A DNA stretch of 64,000 nucleotides from an uncultured delta proteobacterium (GTDB taxonomy: Bacteria > Desulfobacterota > Desulfobaccia > Desulfobaccales > 0-14-0-80-60-11): positions 576,001-640,000 of the forward strand of contig CAWETI010000003.1 in assembly GCA_963812015.1 (NCBI GenBank). Direction: 5' to 3'. Shown one piece after another: positions 47,267-59,289 of this stretch. Positions within the stretch are counted from its first letter, which is position 1, and every line of letters starts with the position of its first letter. Below the pieces are notes generated by a model. The model was given only the letters and a program-made list of their open reading frames with translations, was not told where the DNA came from and made no database searches. The position numbers were made by a program, and so were the translations under genes.

Positions 47267-48289
47267 TTACTCCTTCCCGCCAAACCGCCGCTTCGCCATC
47301 TCCGCGGCCATCATGATGGCGGCTTTGAGGGAATCGGGGGCGGCCTTGCCGGTGCCCGCCAAGTTGTAGGCGGTCCCGTGATCGACGCTGGTGCGGATAA
47401 TGGGGAGCCCCAAGGTCACGTTCACCCCGTCCATGAAGTGGAGGAGTTTTAAGGGAATAAGTCCCTGGTCGTGGTACATGCAGATGATGGCGGCGAACTC
47501 CCCCTGATTATGGCGCCAGAACAGGGTGTCGGCCGGGAAGGGGCCCTCCACGGCCAGGCCCGCAGCTTGAGCCTCTTTGACCGCGGGGATGATGATCGCC
47601 TCTTCTTCGTGACCGAACATGCCCGCTTCGCTGGCGTGAGGGTTGAGGGCCGCCACTCCCAGGGGCACGCCCGCCAGCCCGAAGTCCCGGTCCAGGGCCT
47701 TGGCGGTGAGGTGGAAAAGCCGAACCAGGCCTTCCTGGGTGAGCTTTTTCGGCACCTCGGCCAGGGCGCAGTGGATGGTGGCCAGCACCACCCGGAAGTT
47801 GCCCCCGGCCAGCATCATGGCAAACTCAGGGGTCTTGGTCCGCTCCGCCAGAAGTTCGGTGTGGCCCGGGAAGGCGTAGCCCGAAAGCTTCATAGCGATC
47901 TTACTGATGGGCGCGGTGACCAGGCCTGAGACTTTTTGCATCAGGGCCAGATCAATGGCGGCCAGGATATAGCCTACCATGGCCTCCCCGGACGCCGGAG
48001 TGGGGCGGCCGTACTCCAGGTCGCAGGAAGCCAGTTGTGACAGGGGCATGAGGTCCAGGGTCCCGGACTGGTAGCGCCCCGCCCCCGGGCGGTCCGCCAG
48101 TTGGATTTTCAAGGCTGGATCCAAGGCCAGGCGGGCTCGGTCCAGGGCCGGGAGATCGCCGATGATTAAGGGCCGGCACACCCGGTAGATCCGGGCGTCC
48201 GCCAAAGTCTTGACGATGATCTCCGGCCCCACTCCCACGGGGTCGCCCATGGTCAGGGCCAAAATGGGTCTTGAGGGTGAATCAGTCAT
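47267..48289 (-). CDS. pdxA: 4-hydroxythreonine-4-phosphate dehydrogenase
   Basis: TMGDPVGVGPE, GHTE, LNPHA, YHDQGLIP and RTSVDHGTA motifs. Confidence 0.96.
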   Translation of the reverse strand: MTDSPSRPILALTMGDPVGVGPEIIVKTLADARIYRVCRPLIIGDLPALDRARLALDPALKIQLADRPGAGRYQSGTLDLMPLSQLASCDLEYGRPTPASGEAMVGYILAAIDLALMQKVSGLVTAPISKIAMKLSGYAFPGHTELLAERTKTPEFAMMLAGGNFRVVLATIHCALAEVPKKLTQEGLVRLFHLTAKALDRDFGLAGVPLGVAALNPHASEAGMFGHEEEAIIIPAVKEAQAAGLAVEGPFPADTLFWRHNQGEFAAIICMYHDQGLIPLKLLHFMDGVNVTLGLPIIRTSVDHGTAYNLAGTGKAAPDSLKAAIMMAAEMAKRRFGGKE

Positions 48290-49169
48290 GGCGTTGCGAA
48301 CCTCCTCCCGCCGCCAGGCGCTGCACCTCGATGTGCACCTTCCCCTCGTCGAGGGTAACCTTGAGGTAGTGGTGAAAAAAATGTGCGGGGTCGGTGCCAT
48401 ATAAGGGCGCTCCGGCCCCGGCGGTGATGGTATAGGGGACGTCGTCCCAATGGCCGGAAAAGTAGCCGTGGATATGCCCGGCAAAGATGTGGGTCACCTG
48501 GTATTGGCGGAAGAGGGCGGCCAGTTTGCGTCCCGCCGCCTCACCCAGGCAGTGATGATTCTCACCCCCCCGGGGATCAAAGAGGGGGACATGGAGGAAT
48601 ATCAGGCGGGTTTTGAAGGCCCGGGATTTGCGTAATTCTTTCTCCAGCCAGCCCCATTGCAATTCGCCGACTCCGTTGGGCTCTAGATCATTGACGATGA
48701 TAAAGTAGTTGTCCCTGACCTGAAAGGAGTAGTAATCGGGCCCGAAGATTTCCCGGTACAGCCCGGGACTATGATCTTCTTCGAGATCGTGGTTGCCTAA
48801 CACCGTGAGAAAAGGCAGGCGCAGGCCTTGGCGGACCTGCCCCAGGAAAGCCGCAAAGGTCTCCACGCTGCCGCAATCCACCAGGTCGCCCACATCAATG
48901 GCAAAGGCCAGGCCGGGATCACCATCCAGTTGCCTAATGACCTGGTTAAAGACCGCGGGATTGCTGCGGTTGTCTCCCAGGACGGCAAAGGTCAGGGGGG
49001 GACCGGCGGGCACCTTGATCCGGGCCAGGTTGCAGGGGTTCCAATCCTGGGCCGGTAACGGGCCGGGGTCGGTCCCGACCCCGGCTCCCGCCGAGACGAA
49101 GAGGCATAAGACCGTGAGGCCGATAATCAAGACGTGCAGTCTTTCGGGTCGACCCTGAAACAGTTTCAT
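48282..49169 (-). CDS. Calcineurin-like metallophosphoesterase with signal/TM segment
   Basis: GDNR, GDLV, GNHD, HVP and GHIH motifs. Confidence 0.9.
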   Translation of the reverse strand: MKLFQGRPERLHVLIIGLTVLCLFVSAGAGVGTDPGPLPAQDWNPCNLARIKVPAGPPLTFAVLGDNRSNPAVFNQVIRQLDGDPGLAFAIDVGDLVDCGSVETFAAFLGQVRQGLRLPFLTVLGNHDLEEDHSPGLYREIFGPDYYSFQVRDNYFIIVNDLEPNGVGELQWGWLEKELRKSRAFKTRLIFLHVPLFDPRGGENHHCLGEAAGRKLAALFRQYQVTHIFAGHIHGYFSGHWDDVPYTITAGAGAPLYGTDPAHFFHHYLKVTLDEGKVHIEVQRLAAGGGSQRHD

Positions 49170-49302
49170 CAGACCTCTCCCAACCTATAGTTTACCTGCG
49201 CTTGATGCTCACGGCCGGGGCCGAAGCTTTTCCCGCCACTTTTTTCATGCAATCAACCCGCCAGGTGTGCAACAATAACTATTACCTGAAATATGACGGG
49301 AG

Positions 49303-50145
49303 ATGGAGTCCGTGTCAATGACAGAACCGGGTAAAGAGCGATTGGCAGACATAAAGCTGGGTTTCATCGGCGTCGGCAACATGGGCGGGGCCATCATCAG
49401 GGGGCTGCTGGCGGGAGGCTTTGTTCTCCGGGAGAACCTGGTGTACTACGACCCGGACCCGGCCCGGCAGGCCCAGATGGATGAACTGGGGGTTTCGACC
49501 GCCCTGGATAACGCCGAGGTGATGCACGCGCCGGTGGTGGTGCTGGCCGTCAAACCTCAGGTGTTGGCCCCCGTCCTGGCCGGGGTCAAAGAATTCGCCC
49601 GACCCTGGCACCTGATTATTTCCATCGCCGCCGGGGTCTCCCTGGAGGTCCTGGAAGGGGCCTTCCCCGACTCCCGGGTGATCCGGGTCATGCCCAACGC
49701 CCCCACCCTGGTGGGGGCCGGGATGGTGGCCCTGGCCCCGGGCCGCGGCGTCTCCCCGGAAGACCTGGCCCTGGCCCTGGATCTGTTCCGGGCCGTGGGA
49801 CAGGCCGTGGTGGTGGAGGAAAGGCTCATGGATGCCGTCACCGGCCTGAGCGGCAGCGGCCCGGCCTTTGTGGCCGTGTTCATCGAGGCCCTGGCCGACG
49901 GCGGCGTGAAAATGGGGCTGCCCCGGGCCCTGGCTCACACCATGGCAGTGCAAACCGTCCTGGGCACAGCAAAACTCTGCCTGGAAGAAGATCTCCACCC
50001 CGGCAGGCTCAAAGACATGGTGACCTCCCCCGGAGGGACCACCATCGCCGGTATCCACGCCCTGGAATCGAGTGGCTTCCGGGGCGCAGTCATGGACGCC
50101 GTAACCGCCGCCGCCCGGCGGTCGGAGGAGTTGGGAAAGAAATGA
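49303..50145 (+). CDS. proC: Pyrroline-5-carboxylate reductase
   Basis: GVGNMG, AVKPQ, RVMPN, SGSGPAF and VTSPGGTT motifs. Confidence 0.96.
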   Translation: MESVSMTEPGKERLADIKLGFIGVGNMGGAIIRGLLAGGFVLRENLVYYDPDPARQAQMDELGVSTALDNAEVMHAPVVVLAVKPQVLAPVLAGVKEFARPWHLIISIAAGVSLEVLEGAFPDSRVIRVMPNAPTLVGAGMVALAPGRGVSPEDLALALDLFRAVGQAVVVEERLMDAVTGLSGSGPAFVAVFIEALADGGVKMGLPRALAHTMAVQTVLGTAKLCLEEDLHPGRLKDMVTSPGGTTIAGIHALESSGFRGAVMDAVTAAARRSEELGKK

Positions 50146-50164
50146 GGGGCGGATTTTAGGAGAA

Positions 50165-50308
50165 TTTGGGGGAAGGGGCTAGGGGCGAACGGCCCCTACC
50201 CCTTCCCCCAAACCCCCATCCCCAACCCCTTACAGGGGGTTGGGAGGAGAGTCCAAGGGGAGGGCGGAGGAAATGACTTATGAAAAAACCGCCGGCCCTC
50301 CCCTCAAA
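50165..50308. repeat. Full three-hairpin G/C-tract repeat
   Basis: Hairpin, then cccaacccct-tacag-ggggttggg, then a second hairpin; lies between the convergent proC and nadC. Confidence 0.8.
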
Positions 50309-50311
50309 TTC

Positions 50312-51172
50312 CTATCCTAAATTCCACGTCCTCACCAGCCGCAGGTGGATATCAACGGCCGGGGCGCTATGGGTCAGGGCGCCCATGGAGATGAAGTTGA
50401 CTCCGGTGGCCGCCACCTTCGGCAGGCGTTCTTTGGTCATGCCGCCGGAGGCTTCCAAGAGGGCCCGGCCCCGGGTCAGGTCCACGGCTTTTTTCAGGGC
50501 GGCGTCGTCCATGTTGTCCAGGAGGATGCGGTCGGCGCCGGCGTTCAGGGCCTCTTCCAGCCCCTTCAAATCCGTCACTTCCACTTCGACCTTGAGCAGG
50601 GGGTGGGCCTTGGCTTTGGCCTGCCGCACGGCCTGGCTGATGGACCCCACTGCGGTCAGGTGATTGTTCTTGATGAGCACCGCGTCATAGAGCCCCAGGC
50701 GGTGGTTGCGGCCGCCGCCCAGGCGCACGGCGTATTTCTCCAGGACGCGCCAGCCGGGGGCGGTTTTACGGGTGTCCACCAGGCAGGTTGTGGAGCCGGC
50801 CACCTGGGCCACCATGCTGCGGGTGAAGGTGGCAATGCCCGAGAGGCGCTGGAGAAAATTGAGGGCCACCCGTTCGCCGGTAAGGATCGAGGCCGCGGGG
50901 CCGGTGAGGCGGGCCAGGACCGTGCCTTTGGCCACCTCCTGGCCGTCATCCACCTGGGGAGTGAAGGTCACGGCCGGGTCAAGCCGGACAAAAACCCGGG
51001 CCGCCACCGGCAGCCCCGCCACCACCAGGGTCTGTTTGGCCCGGATATGGGCTTCCCCCTGCAACTCCGGGGGGATTAAGACCTGGGTGGTGACATCTCC
51101 CGGTCCCAAATCCTCTTCCAGGGCCAGGTCGATGAGGCGGTCAATGTGGGGTGAGATGAGCATTTTATCCAT
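50312..51172 (-). CDS. nadC: Nicotinate-nucleotide pyrophosphorylase (carboxylating)
   Basis: ALEEDLGPGDVTT, ERVALNFL, DTRKT, NHRLGL, LLDN and EASGG motifs. Confidence 0.96.
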   Translation of the reverse strand: MDKMLISPHIDRLIDLALEEDLGPGDVTTQVLIPPELQGEAHIRAKQTLVVAGLPVAARVFVRLDPAVTFTPQVDDGQEVAKGTVLARLTGPAASILTGERVALNFLQRLSGIATFTRSMVAQVAGSTTCLVDTRKTAPGWRVLEKYAVRLGGGRNHRLGLYDAVLIKNNHLTAVGSISQAVRQAKAKAHPLLKVEVEVTDLKGLEEALNAGADRILLDNMDDAALKKAVDLTRGRALLEASGGMTKERLPKVAATGVNFISMGALTHSAPAVDIHLRLVRTWNLG

Positions 51173-51182
51173 GAATAAATCC

Positions 51183-51265
51183 CGGTGGGGCGGGCCTCCG
51201 CGCCCGCCTGCTTAACGTCGGATATGTGCGGCAATTATGGGCAGGCACGGAGGCCTGCCCCACCG
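51183..51265. repeat. GTGG-type REP doublet
   Basis: cggtggggcgggcctccgcgcccgcc ... gggcaggcacggaggcctgccccaccg. Confidence 0.7.
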
Positions 51266-51273
51266 ATGCCGAT

Positions 51274-51471
51274 TTAATCATAATCCTCTTCAAAAGAAAT
51301 GACGCAAGGAGTCTCCAGGTCGGGTTTGGAGGTGGCATCGATGGGGTCACAAGTCTCGTAGCAATCGCCGGCGCATCCTTCTTGTTCTTCATCCCAGAAA
51401 TTGCAGCGTTCCCGGACGCACTGGCCCAGGCCGGGAAGCGGGCAGATGGGGGTGGTGTAGTCTCGCAGCAT
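51274..51471 (-). CDS. Small Cys-rich acidic protein (65 aa)
   Basis: CP...C....C.FW.....C pattern with seven Cys; lies between valS and nadC on the same strand. Confidence 0.55.
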   Translation of the reverse strand: MLRDYTTPICPLPGLGQCVRERCNFWDEEQEGCAGDCYETCDPIDATSKPDLETPCVISFEEDYD

Positions 51472-51485
51472 ATTTTGGGGATAAA

Positions 51486-51605
51486 GGCGGGCAGTGCCCG
51501 CCCTACGTTATCGGCACAGGGGAGACGCCTGTGCCATCATCTTATGCGGGTTGGGTGGGGGGTGTGGGAGGAGGGCAGGGACGAAGTTCCTGGCCCTCCC
51601 CCCAC
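51486..51605. repeat. Half REP (ggcgggcagtgcccgccctac) plus reverse-oriented G/C-tract hairpin copy
   Basis: Elements at 51486-51506 and 51541-51605. Confidence 0.65.
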
Positions 51606-51611
51606 ATCTTC

Positions 51612-54269
<2,658 letters not shown>

Positions 54270-54289
54270 GGTGATCCTTGTAGAAGATA

Positions 54290-54370
54290 TTTGGGGAAGG
54301 GGGCCAGGTGCCGACGGCCCCTGCCCCCTTCCCCAAACCCCATCCCCCAACCCCCATAAAGGTTGGAGGA
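54290..54370. repeat. G/C-tract hairpin repeat copy
   Basis: tttggggaagggggccagg...cctgcccccttccccaaa plus tail. Confidence 0.75.
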
Positions 54371-54464
54371 GGAGGTATATTGTGACTAACTATTTAATAT
54401 CATTGCTAACTAACATGTAGGGGGGGAGTTGTCAAGGGAATTGGGGACCAGACTTGGGAAAGGC

Positions 54465-54505
54465 TTGACAGTGGACCGGTAAATTTGGTATGACCATCTG
54501 GTCAT
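54465..54505 (+). promoter_or_regulatory. TetR promoter and palindromic operator overlapping the start codon
   Basis: TTGACA at 54465; atgacca-tc-tggtcat perfect palindrome at 54490-54505. Confidence 0.7.
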
Positions 54506-55154
54506 GAGTGAAGAACCGGTCCTTTCAACCTTTCGGCACCTGCCTGCGGACAAACAGGAAAGGGTGCTGACTGCCGCCCTGGCGGAGTTTGCCGAACAGG
54601 GTTATCAGCAGGCTTCCCTGAACCGCATGGTGGCCCAGGCGGGGATCGCCAAGGGGTCGCTCTACCAGTATTTTCCCAACAAAGAGGGGATGTTTCATTA
54701 CATCTTCCAGTACGCCCTCAAGATGGTGCGGCGGACCCTCACCGCGGTTAAGGAAGAGACCCGGGAAGAGAATTTTTTTGTCCGGCTGGAAAAATCCCTC
54801 CTGGCGGGGGTGGCCTTCTCCCGGGAGCACCCCCGGATTTTCAGCCTGTATCTGAAGATCCAGTTCGATAAAAATGTGCCGTTCCGGGGAGAGTTTCTGG
54901 CCGCGGTGCGGCGCCACGCCACGGAATATTTCGCCTCCCTGGTGCGCCGGGCCCAGAGCCGGGGGGAACTGCGGCCCGGAGTCCCCAAAGACGCGGTGCT
55001 GTTTCTCCTGGATGCGTTGTTCGACCGGTTTCTCCAGGCCGTGGCGGTCCCGGCCCTGGACGTCACCCTGGGCCTAAACCAGGCCACGGATGCGACCATT
55101 CATAAACACGTCCGGGAACTCATCGGCCTCCTCCAGGATGGCCTGATGGCTTGA
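54504..55154 (+). CDS. TetR/AcrR family regulator
   Basis: AEFAEQGY..AS...AGIAKGSLYQYFPNKE motif. Confidence 0.93.
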   Translation: MSEEPVLSTFRHLPADKQERVLTAALAEFAEQGYQQASLNRMVAQAGIAKGSLYQYFPNKEGMFHYIFQYALKMVRRTLTAVKEETREENFFVRLEKSLLAGVAFSREHPRIFSLYLKIQFDKNVPFRGEFLAAVRRHATEYFASLVRRAQSRGELRPGVPKDAVLFLLDALFDRFLQAVAVPALDVTLGLNQATDATIHKHVRELIGLLQDGLMA

Positions 55155-55284
55155 GATGGCGATCGGTTTTTTCCACTATTTTAACCGATAAGAACGGCAT
55201 AGGGAGGGAGGAGCAGAAAGCAGACAATCGCCCGAGCCGGTTCCCCAAGAAGTAAACCTGCGGCTGTTGGACAACTGGAGACAG

Positions 55285-55782
55285 ATGGCAATTAATTTCA
55301 AACAACAATCATCACTGCTCGAACTGCTCTGTATCATAGTGCTGGCAATTCTTGGCGTGGCTATTTCATATTATTATGATTTTATTGAGGAAATGTATAT
55401 ATGGTCCGTACTTCATAAATCACACCTTATTGACGAGTTAGTCGTACTCCTTATCGTCCTGACCTTTGGTCTGGCTATTTTTTCCTTTCGGCGATGGCGG
55501 GAACAGATTAGAAAACACTCTGAATTGAAACGATTAATGTCGGAAAAAGAAAGGATGATCGTAGAACTTCACGAGGCCACCGAAAAAATCAAAATTTTAA
55601 AGGGCTTCTTGCCTATTTGCTCCCATTGTAAAAAAATTCGTAACGATGAGGGTTATTGGCAGCAATTGGAGAAATATATCAGTGAACACTCTGAGGCCCA
55701 ATTCAGTCATGGGATTTGTCCAACCTGTGCGGAGAAACATTATTCTGAGTTATTACCGGGAAAGGATAGTTCGTTGAAATGA
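55285..55782 (+). CDS. Two-TM protein with coiled coil and C-terminal ICxxCKKIR...SHGICPxC module
   Basis: GGAG RBS; lower GC than the flanks. Confidence 0.8.
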   Translation: MAINFKQQSSLLELLCIIVLAILGVAISYYYDFIEEMYIWSVLHKSHLIDELVVLLIVLTFGLAIFSFRRWREQIRKHSELKRLMSEKERMIVELHEATEKIKILKGFLPICSHCKKIRNDEGYWQQLEKYISEHSEAQFSHGICPTCAEKHYSELLPGKDSSLK

Positions 55783-55901
55783 TGCAGTGTGCACCGGATA
55801 ATTCTTGGCCTGATTTTGCAGGAACAACCCGGAAGATGCCGGGCGAGTGGGATCTATTTTTTTGGGGAAAGCGTGACCAGTTGGTCATTTAAGGAGAGGG
55901 C

Positions 55902-57008
55902 ATGGCAGGTATCCAGGGTTTCACTGATAAACGACTTTATCCCATCTATGACAAAGTGGCATCTCAAGAGCGTCTCTCCCGGGAAGACGGTTGCGCCCTG
56001 TTCGAGAGCCCCGATCTTTTGGGGGTGGGGCGTCTGGCCCAGATAGTGCGGGAGCGCCTCCATGGCCGCCGGGCTTTCTATATCTATAATCAGCATATCA
56101 ACTACTCCAATATCTGTATCAATGGCTGCAAGTTTTGCGCGTTCGGGCGCAAGGCGGGAGAACCGGGGGCCTATGAGATGAGCCTCCCGGAGATTTTTGA
56201 CAAGGTGGAGGCAAGGGCGCATGAGCCGATCACTGAAATTCATATCGTGGGCGGCTGTCATCCCGATCTGCCATTCGCTTACTATGTGGATATGCTCCGG
56301 GGCATCAAGGCCCGGCGTCCGGAGGTCCATCTCCAGGCCTTCACCGCCGTGGAGGTGGCCCACCTGGCCCAGAAGGCCGAAATGAGCGTGGCCGATACCC
56401 TGTCGGCCCTGAAAGAGGCGGGCCTGGGGTCCCTCCCCGGCGGCGGGGCCGAAGTCTTCAGTCCCCGGGTGCGTTCCAGCCTCTGCCCGGAAAAGCTCTC
56501 CCCCGAGGGCTGGGTGGAAGTGGCTCAGGCGGCGCATCGGCTGGATCTCAGCACCAACGCCACCATGCTCTATGGCCACATGGAGAGCGTGGCGGAGCGG
56601 GTGGACCATCTGGTTAGACTGCGCGAAGCCCAGGACGAGACCGGGGGATTTTTGGCCTTCATTCCCCTGGCCTTTCACCCCGCCAACACCGGTCTCAGCG
56701 ATCTTACCGGCCCCAGCGCCATCGACGATCTCAAGACCCTGGCCGTTTCTCGGCTGATGCTGGACAATTTCCCCCACATCAAGGCGTTCTGGGTGATGTT
56801 GGGGCCGAAGCTGTCCCAAATCTCCCTGTGTTTCGGGGTGGATGACGTGGACGGCACGGTGATGGAGGAGCGGATCACCCACATGGCCGGGGCCCAGACG
56901 CCCCAGGGCCTGACCCGCTCCCAACTGCGAGCCCTGATTCGGGAGGCGGGCTGCGTGCCGGTGGAACGGGACACCTTGTACGGGGTGATTGCCGATGAGT
57001 GGCGTTGA
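55902..57008 (+). CDS. mqnE: Aminofutalosine synthase MqnE
   Basis: NYSNICINGCKFCAF, EIHIVGG, NATMLYGH, FIPLAFHP, HIKAFWVM and ERITHMAGA motifs. Confidence 0.92.
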   Translation: MAGIQGFTDKRLYPIYDKVASQERLSREDGCALFESPDLLGVGRLAQIVRERLHGRRAFYIYNQHINYSNICINGCKFCAFGRKAGEPGAYEMSLPEIFDKVEARAHEPITEIHIVGGCHPDLPFAYYVDMLRGIKARRPEVHLQAFTAVEVAHLAQKAEMSVADTLSALKEAGLGSLPGGGAEVFSPRVRSSLCPEKLSPEGWVEVAQAAHRLDLSTNATMLYGHMESVAERVDHLVRLREAQDETGGFLAFIPLAFHPANTGLSDLTGPSAIDDLKTLAVSRLMLDNFPHIKAFWVMLGPKLSQISLCFGVDDVDGTVMEERITHMAGAQTPQGLTRSQLRALIREAGCVPVERDTLYGVIADEWR

Positions 57009-58050
57009 GCACGGCTTGCAGGCCAAGTTGGCGGCCGGGGCGCGGCTGGATTTTCAAGAGGCCTGCCGGCTATGGGACCTGGAACTCCTGACCCTGGGAA
57101 ATTGGGCGGACCGGGTGCGCCGGCGTCTCAACCCCGAGCCCCGGGTTACCTTTGTCATTGATCGGAATATCAACTACACCAACATCTGTGTTTCGGGCTG
57201 CCGTTTCTGCGCCTTTTACCGGCCTCCCGGGTCCGCCGACGGCTACGTCCTGGCGTGGGACACCCTGGCGGCGAAGCTCACGGAACTCAAAACCCACGGC
57301 GGCAGCGGGGTTCTGCTCCAGGGCGGCCTCAACCCCGAGTTGCCCCTGGACTACTACCTGGAACTGGTCGATTTTATCCGGGGCTCCGGCCTGGCGGTGC
57401 ACGGCTTTTCTCCCCCGGAAATTTTTTATCTCGCCGAAAAAAACGCTCTTAGCCTGGAAGAACTGATTCAGCGCCTGATGGACGCAGGGTTGAGCTCCAT
57501 CCCCGGGGGCGGGGCCGAGATCCTGGTGGATCGGGTGCGGCGCCAGATCTCGCCGCAGAAATGCTCCAGCTCCCAGTGGCTGGAGGTCATGGCCGCGGCG
57601 CACCGGCTGGGCTTATCGACCAGCGCCACCATGATGTTCGGACACCTGGAGACCCGGGCGGAGCGGATCGAACACCTCTTCAGGATTCGGGAACTCCAGG
57701 ACGACACCGGCGGCTTCACCGCATTCATCCCCTGGACCTACCAGCCCGGGGGCACAAACCTGACGGGCGAGACCCTGGGCGCGGTGGAATACCTAAAAAT
57801 GCTGGCCATCTCCCGGCTGGTGCTGGACAACGTGCCCCATCTCCAGGTCTCCTGGGTGACCCAGGGGCCCAAGGTGGCCCAGGTGGCCCTGAAATTCGGA
57901 GCCGACGACTTCGGCTCCACCATGCTGGAAGAAAACGTGGTGGCCGCCGCCGGGGTGGGCTTCCGCCTGACGCGGCCCGAAATCGAAACGCTGATCCGCC
58001 AGTCCGGTTACGAGCCGCAGGTGCGGGATCACCGATACAATGTCGAGTGA
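56995..58050 (+). CDS. mqnC: Dehypoxanthine futalosine cyclase MqnC
   Basis: DRNINYTNICVSGCRFCAFYR, LLQGG, SATMMFGH, FIPWT, SWVTQG and MLEENVVAAAG motifs. Confidence 0.93.
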   Translation: MSGVEHGLQAKLAAGARLDFQEACRLWDLELLTLGNWADRVRRRLNPEPRVTFVIDRNINYTNICVSGCRFCAFYRPPGSADGYVLAWDTLAAKLTELKTHGGSGVLLQGGLNPELPLDYYLELVDFIRGSGLAVHGFSPPEIFYLAEKNALSLEELIQRLMDAGLSSIPGGGAEILVDRVRRQISPQKCSSSQWLEVMAAAHRLGLSTSATMMFGHLETRAERIEHLFRIRELQDDTGGFTAFIPWTYQPGGTNLTGETLGAVEYLKMLAISRLVLDNVPHLQVSWVTQGPKVAQVALKFGADDFGSTMLEENVVAAAGVGFRLTRPEIETLIRQSGYEPQVRDHRYNVE

Positions 58051-58052
58051 AT

Positions 58053-58244
58053 TTCTGGGGGGAGGGCCAGGGCCAACGGCCCTGCCCTCCCCCCAGACCC
58101 CCCTCCCAACCCGTATAAGGGGTTGAGGAAGACGGGCTGAAAGCCCGCCTTCCTCAATTTGAAGAATAAAAATTAAGGGATTGGGGGAGGGGGTAAGGGC
58201 CCCTTACGAAAAAACGGAAAAGCCCTTAGCCCCCTTCCCCCAAA
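58053..58244. repeat. Cluster of G/C-tract hairpin repeats
   Basis: Elements at 58053-58127, 58128-58152 and 58181-58244. Confidence 0.75.
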
Positions 58245-58258
58245 CAACCATAACAACC

Positions 58259-59125
58259 ATGAAACCGAAAATTGCGGTCATAGCCCGGGTGGGGGCGCAT
58301 AAGGCCTTGGAGGTGGCGGGGTTGAGGCCGCGCCGCACCGAGGTTTATGCCACGCCCTATGGCGACAGTCGGCCGGTGCATTGGTTCCGCCAGGGGGGGA
58401 TCGATTTTGTGGTCCTGTCCCGGCACGGGGAGGCGGGTTACGAGATTTCGGCCCCGTTCATCAATGCCCGGGCCAATCTCTATGCCTTGAAGGCGTTGGG
58501 GGTGGCCAAAATTCTGGCCTGGGTGGCCCCGGGCTCGCTCAGGGAGGAGATGGCCCCGGGGGACCTGGTGGCGCCCCACGATGTCTTGGATGAAGGCCGG
58601 GGCGGCCCCCACACCTTTTATCCCGGGGTGGGGTGGGGTTTTATAAGGCACAACCCCCTGTTCTGCCCGGAGTTGAGGGCAGCGATGTTGGGAGCGCTGG
58701 TAGATGTTCCCTTTGTGGTGCATGGCCGGGCGGTCTATGTGGCCACTACCGGGCCGCGCCTGGAGACCGCGGCGGAAATCCGCAAGTTCGGTTGCCTGGG
58801 AGGCGATCTGGTGGGCCAGACCCTGGTCCCCGAGGTCTTTCTGGCCCGGGAACTGGAGTTGTGCTACGCGGCCCTGACCTATGTGGTGAATTATGCCGAA
58901 GGCCTGGTGGATCGGCCCTATCAGCCGGGGGTGCTGTTTGAAGGGCTGGCCACCCCGGAGGAAGCGGCAAGGGTGCGGGCGGTGGAAGCGGCCTTTCCGG
59001 ATCTGGTCCTGAGGCTGCTGCCGGCGATGGCCGGCACGGCGCGGCAATGCCCCTGCCCCCGGCTCATGGAACGCTACCGCCTCCGGGGCGATATCAGTGA
59101 CGACTGGCGCACCTGGGTAAGATAA
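58259..59125 (+). CDS. MTAP/PNP family nucleoside phosphorylase-like protein
   Basis: TPYG, SRHG, ANLYALK, GSL, PLFCPELR, GPRLETAAE, VGQT..PE...AREL and VNYAEG motifs. Confidence 0.88.
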   Translation: MKPKIAVIARVGAHKALEVAGLRPRRTEVYATPYGDSRPVHWFRQGGIDFVVLSRHGEAGYEISAPFINARANLYALKALGVAKILAWVAPGSLREEMAPGDLVAPHDVLDEGRGGPHTFYPGVGWGFIRHNPLFCPELRAAMLGALVDVPFVVHGRAVYVATTGPRLETAAEIRKFGCLGGDLVGQTLVPEVFLARELELCYAALTYVVNYAEGLVDRPYQPGVLFEGLATPEEAARVRAVEAAFPDLVLRLLPAMAGTARQCPCPRLMERYRLRGDISDDWRTWVR

Positions 59126-59148
59126 GTTGAGGCTAATAAAAATATCAG

Positions 59149-59281
59149 CTGAGGGAGGGGGCCAGGGGCACCCGCCCCTGCCCCCTCCCTCAGGCTCCCT
59201 CCCCCAACCCCTTACAGAGGGATGGGAGGGGTGTTTGAGGGGAGGGCGGGGGACTTTCCGTCCCCCGGTCCTCCCCTCAAA
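59149..59281. repeat. Full three-hairpin G/C-tract repeat
   Basis: Same layout as 50165-50308. Confidence 0.8.
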
Positions 59282-59289
59282 GAGAAAAT

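Noticed and set aside
54270..54350. Extended N-termini given by the ORF track for valS (and likewise the 58181 and 61514 starts)
   Set aside because: The extensions are translations of the G/C-tract repeat; downstream ATGs match the family starts.
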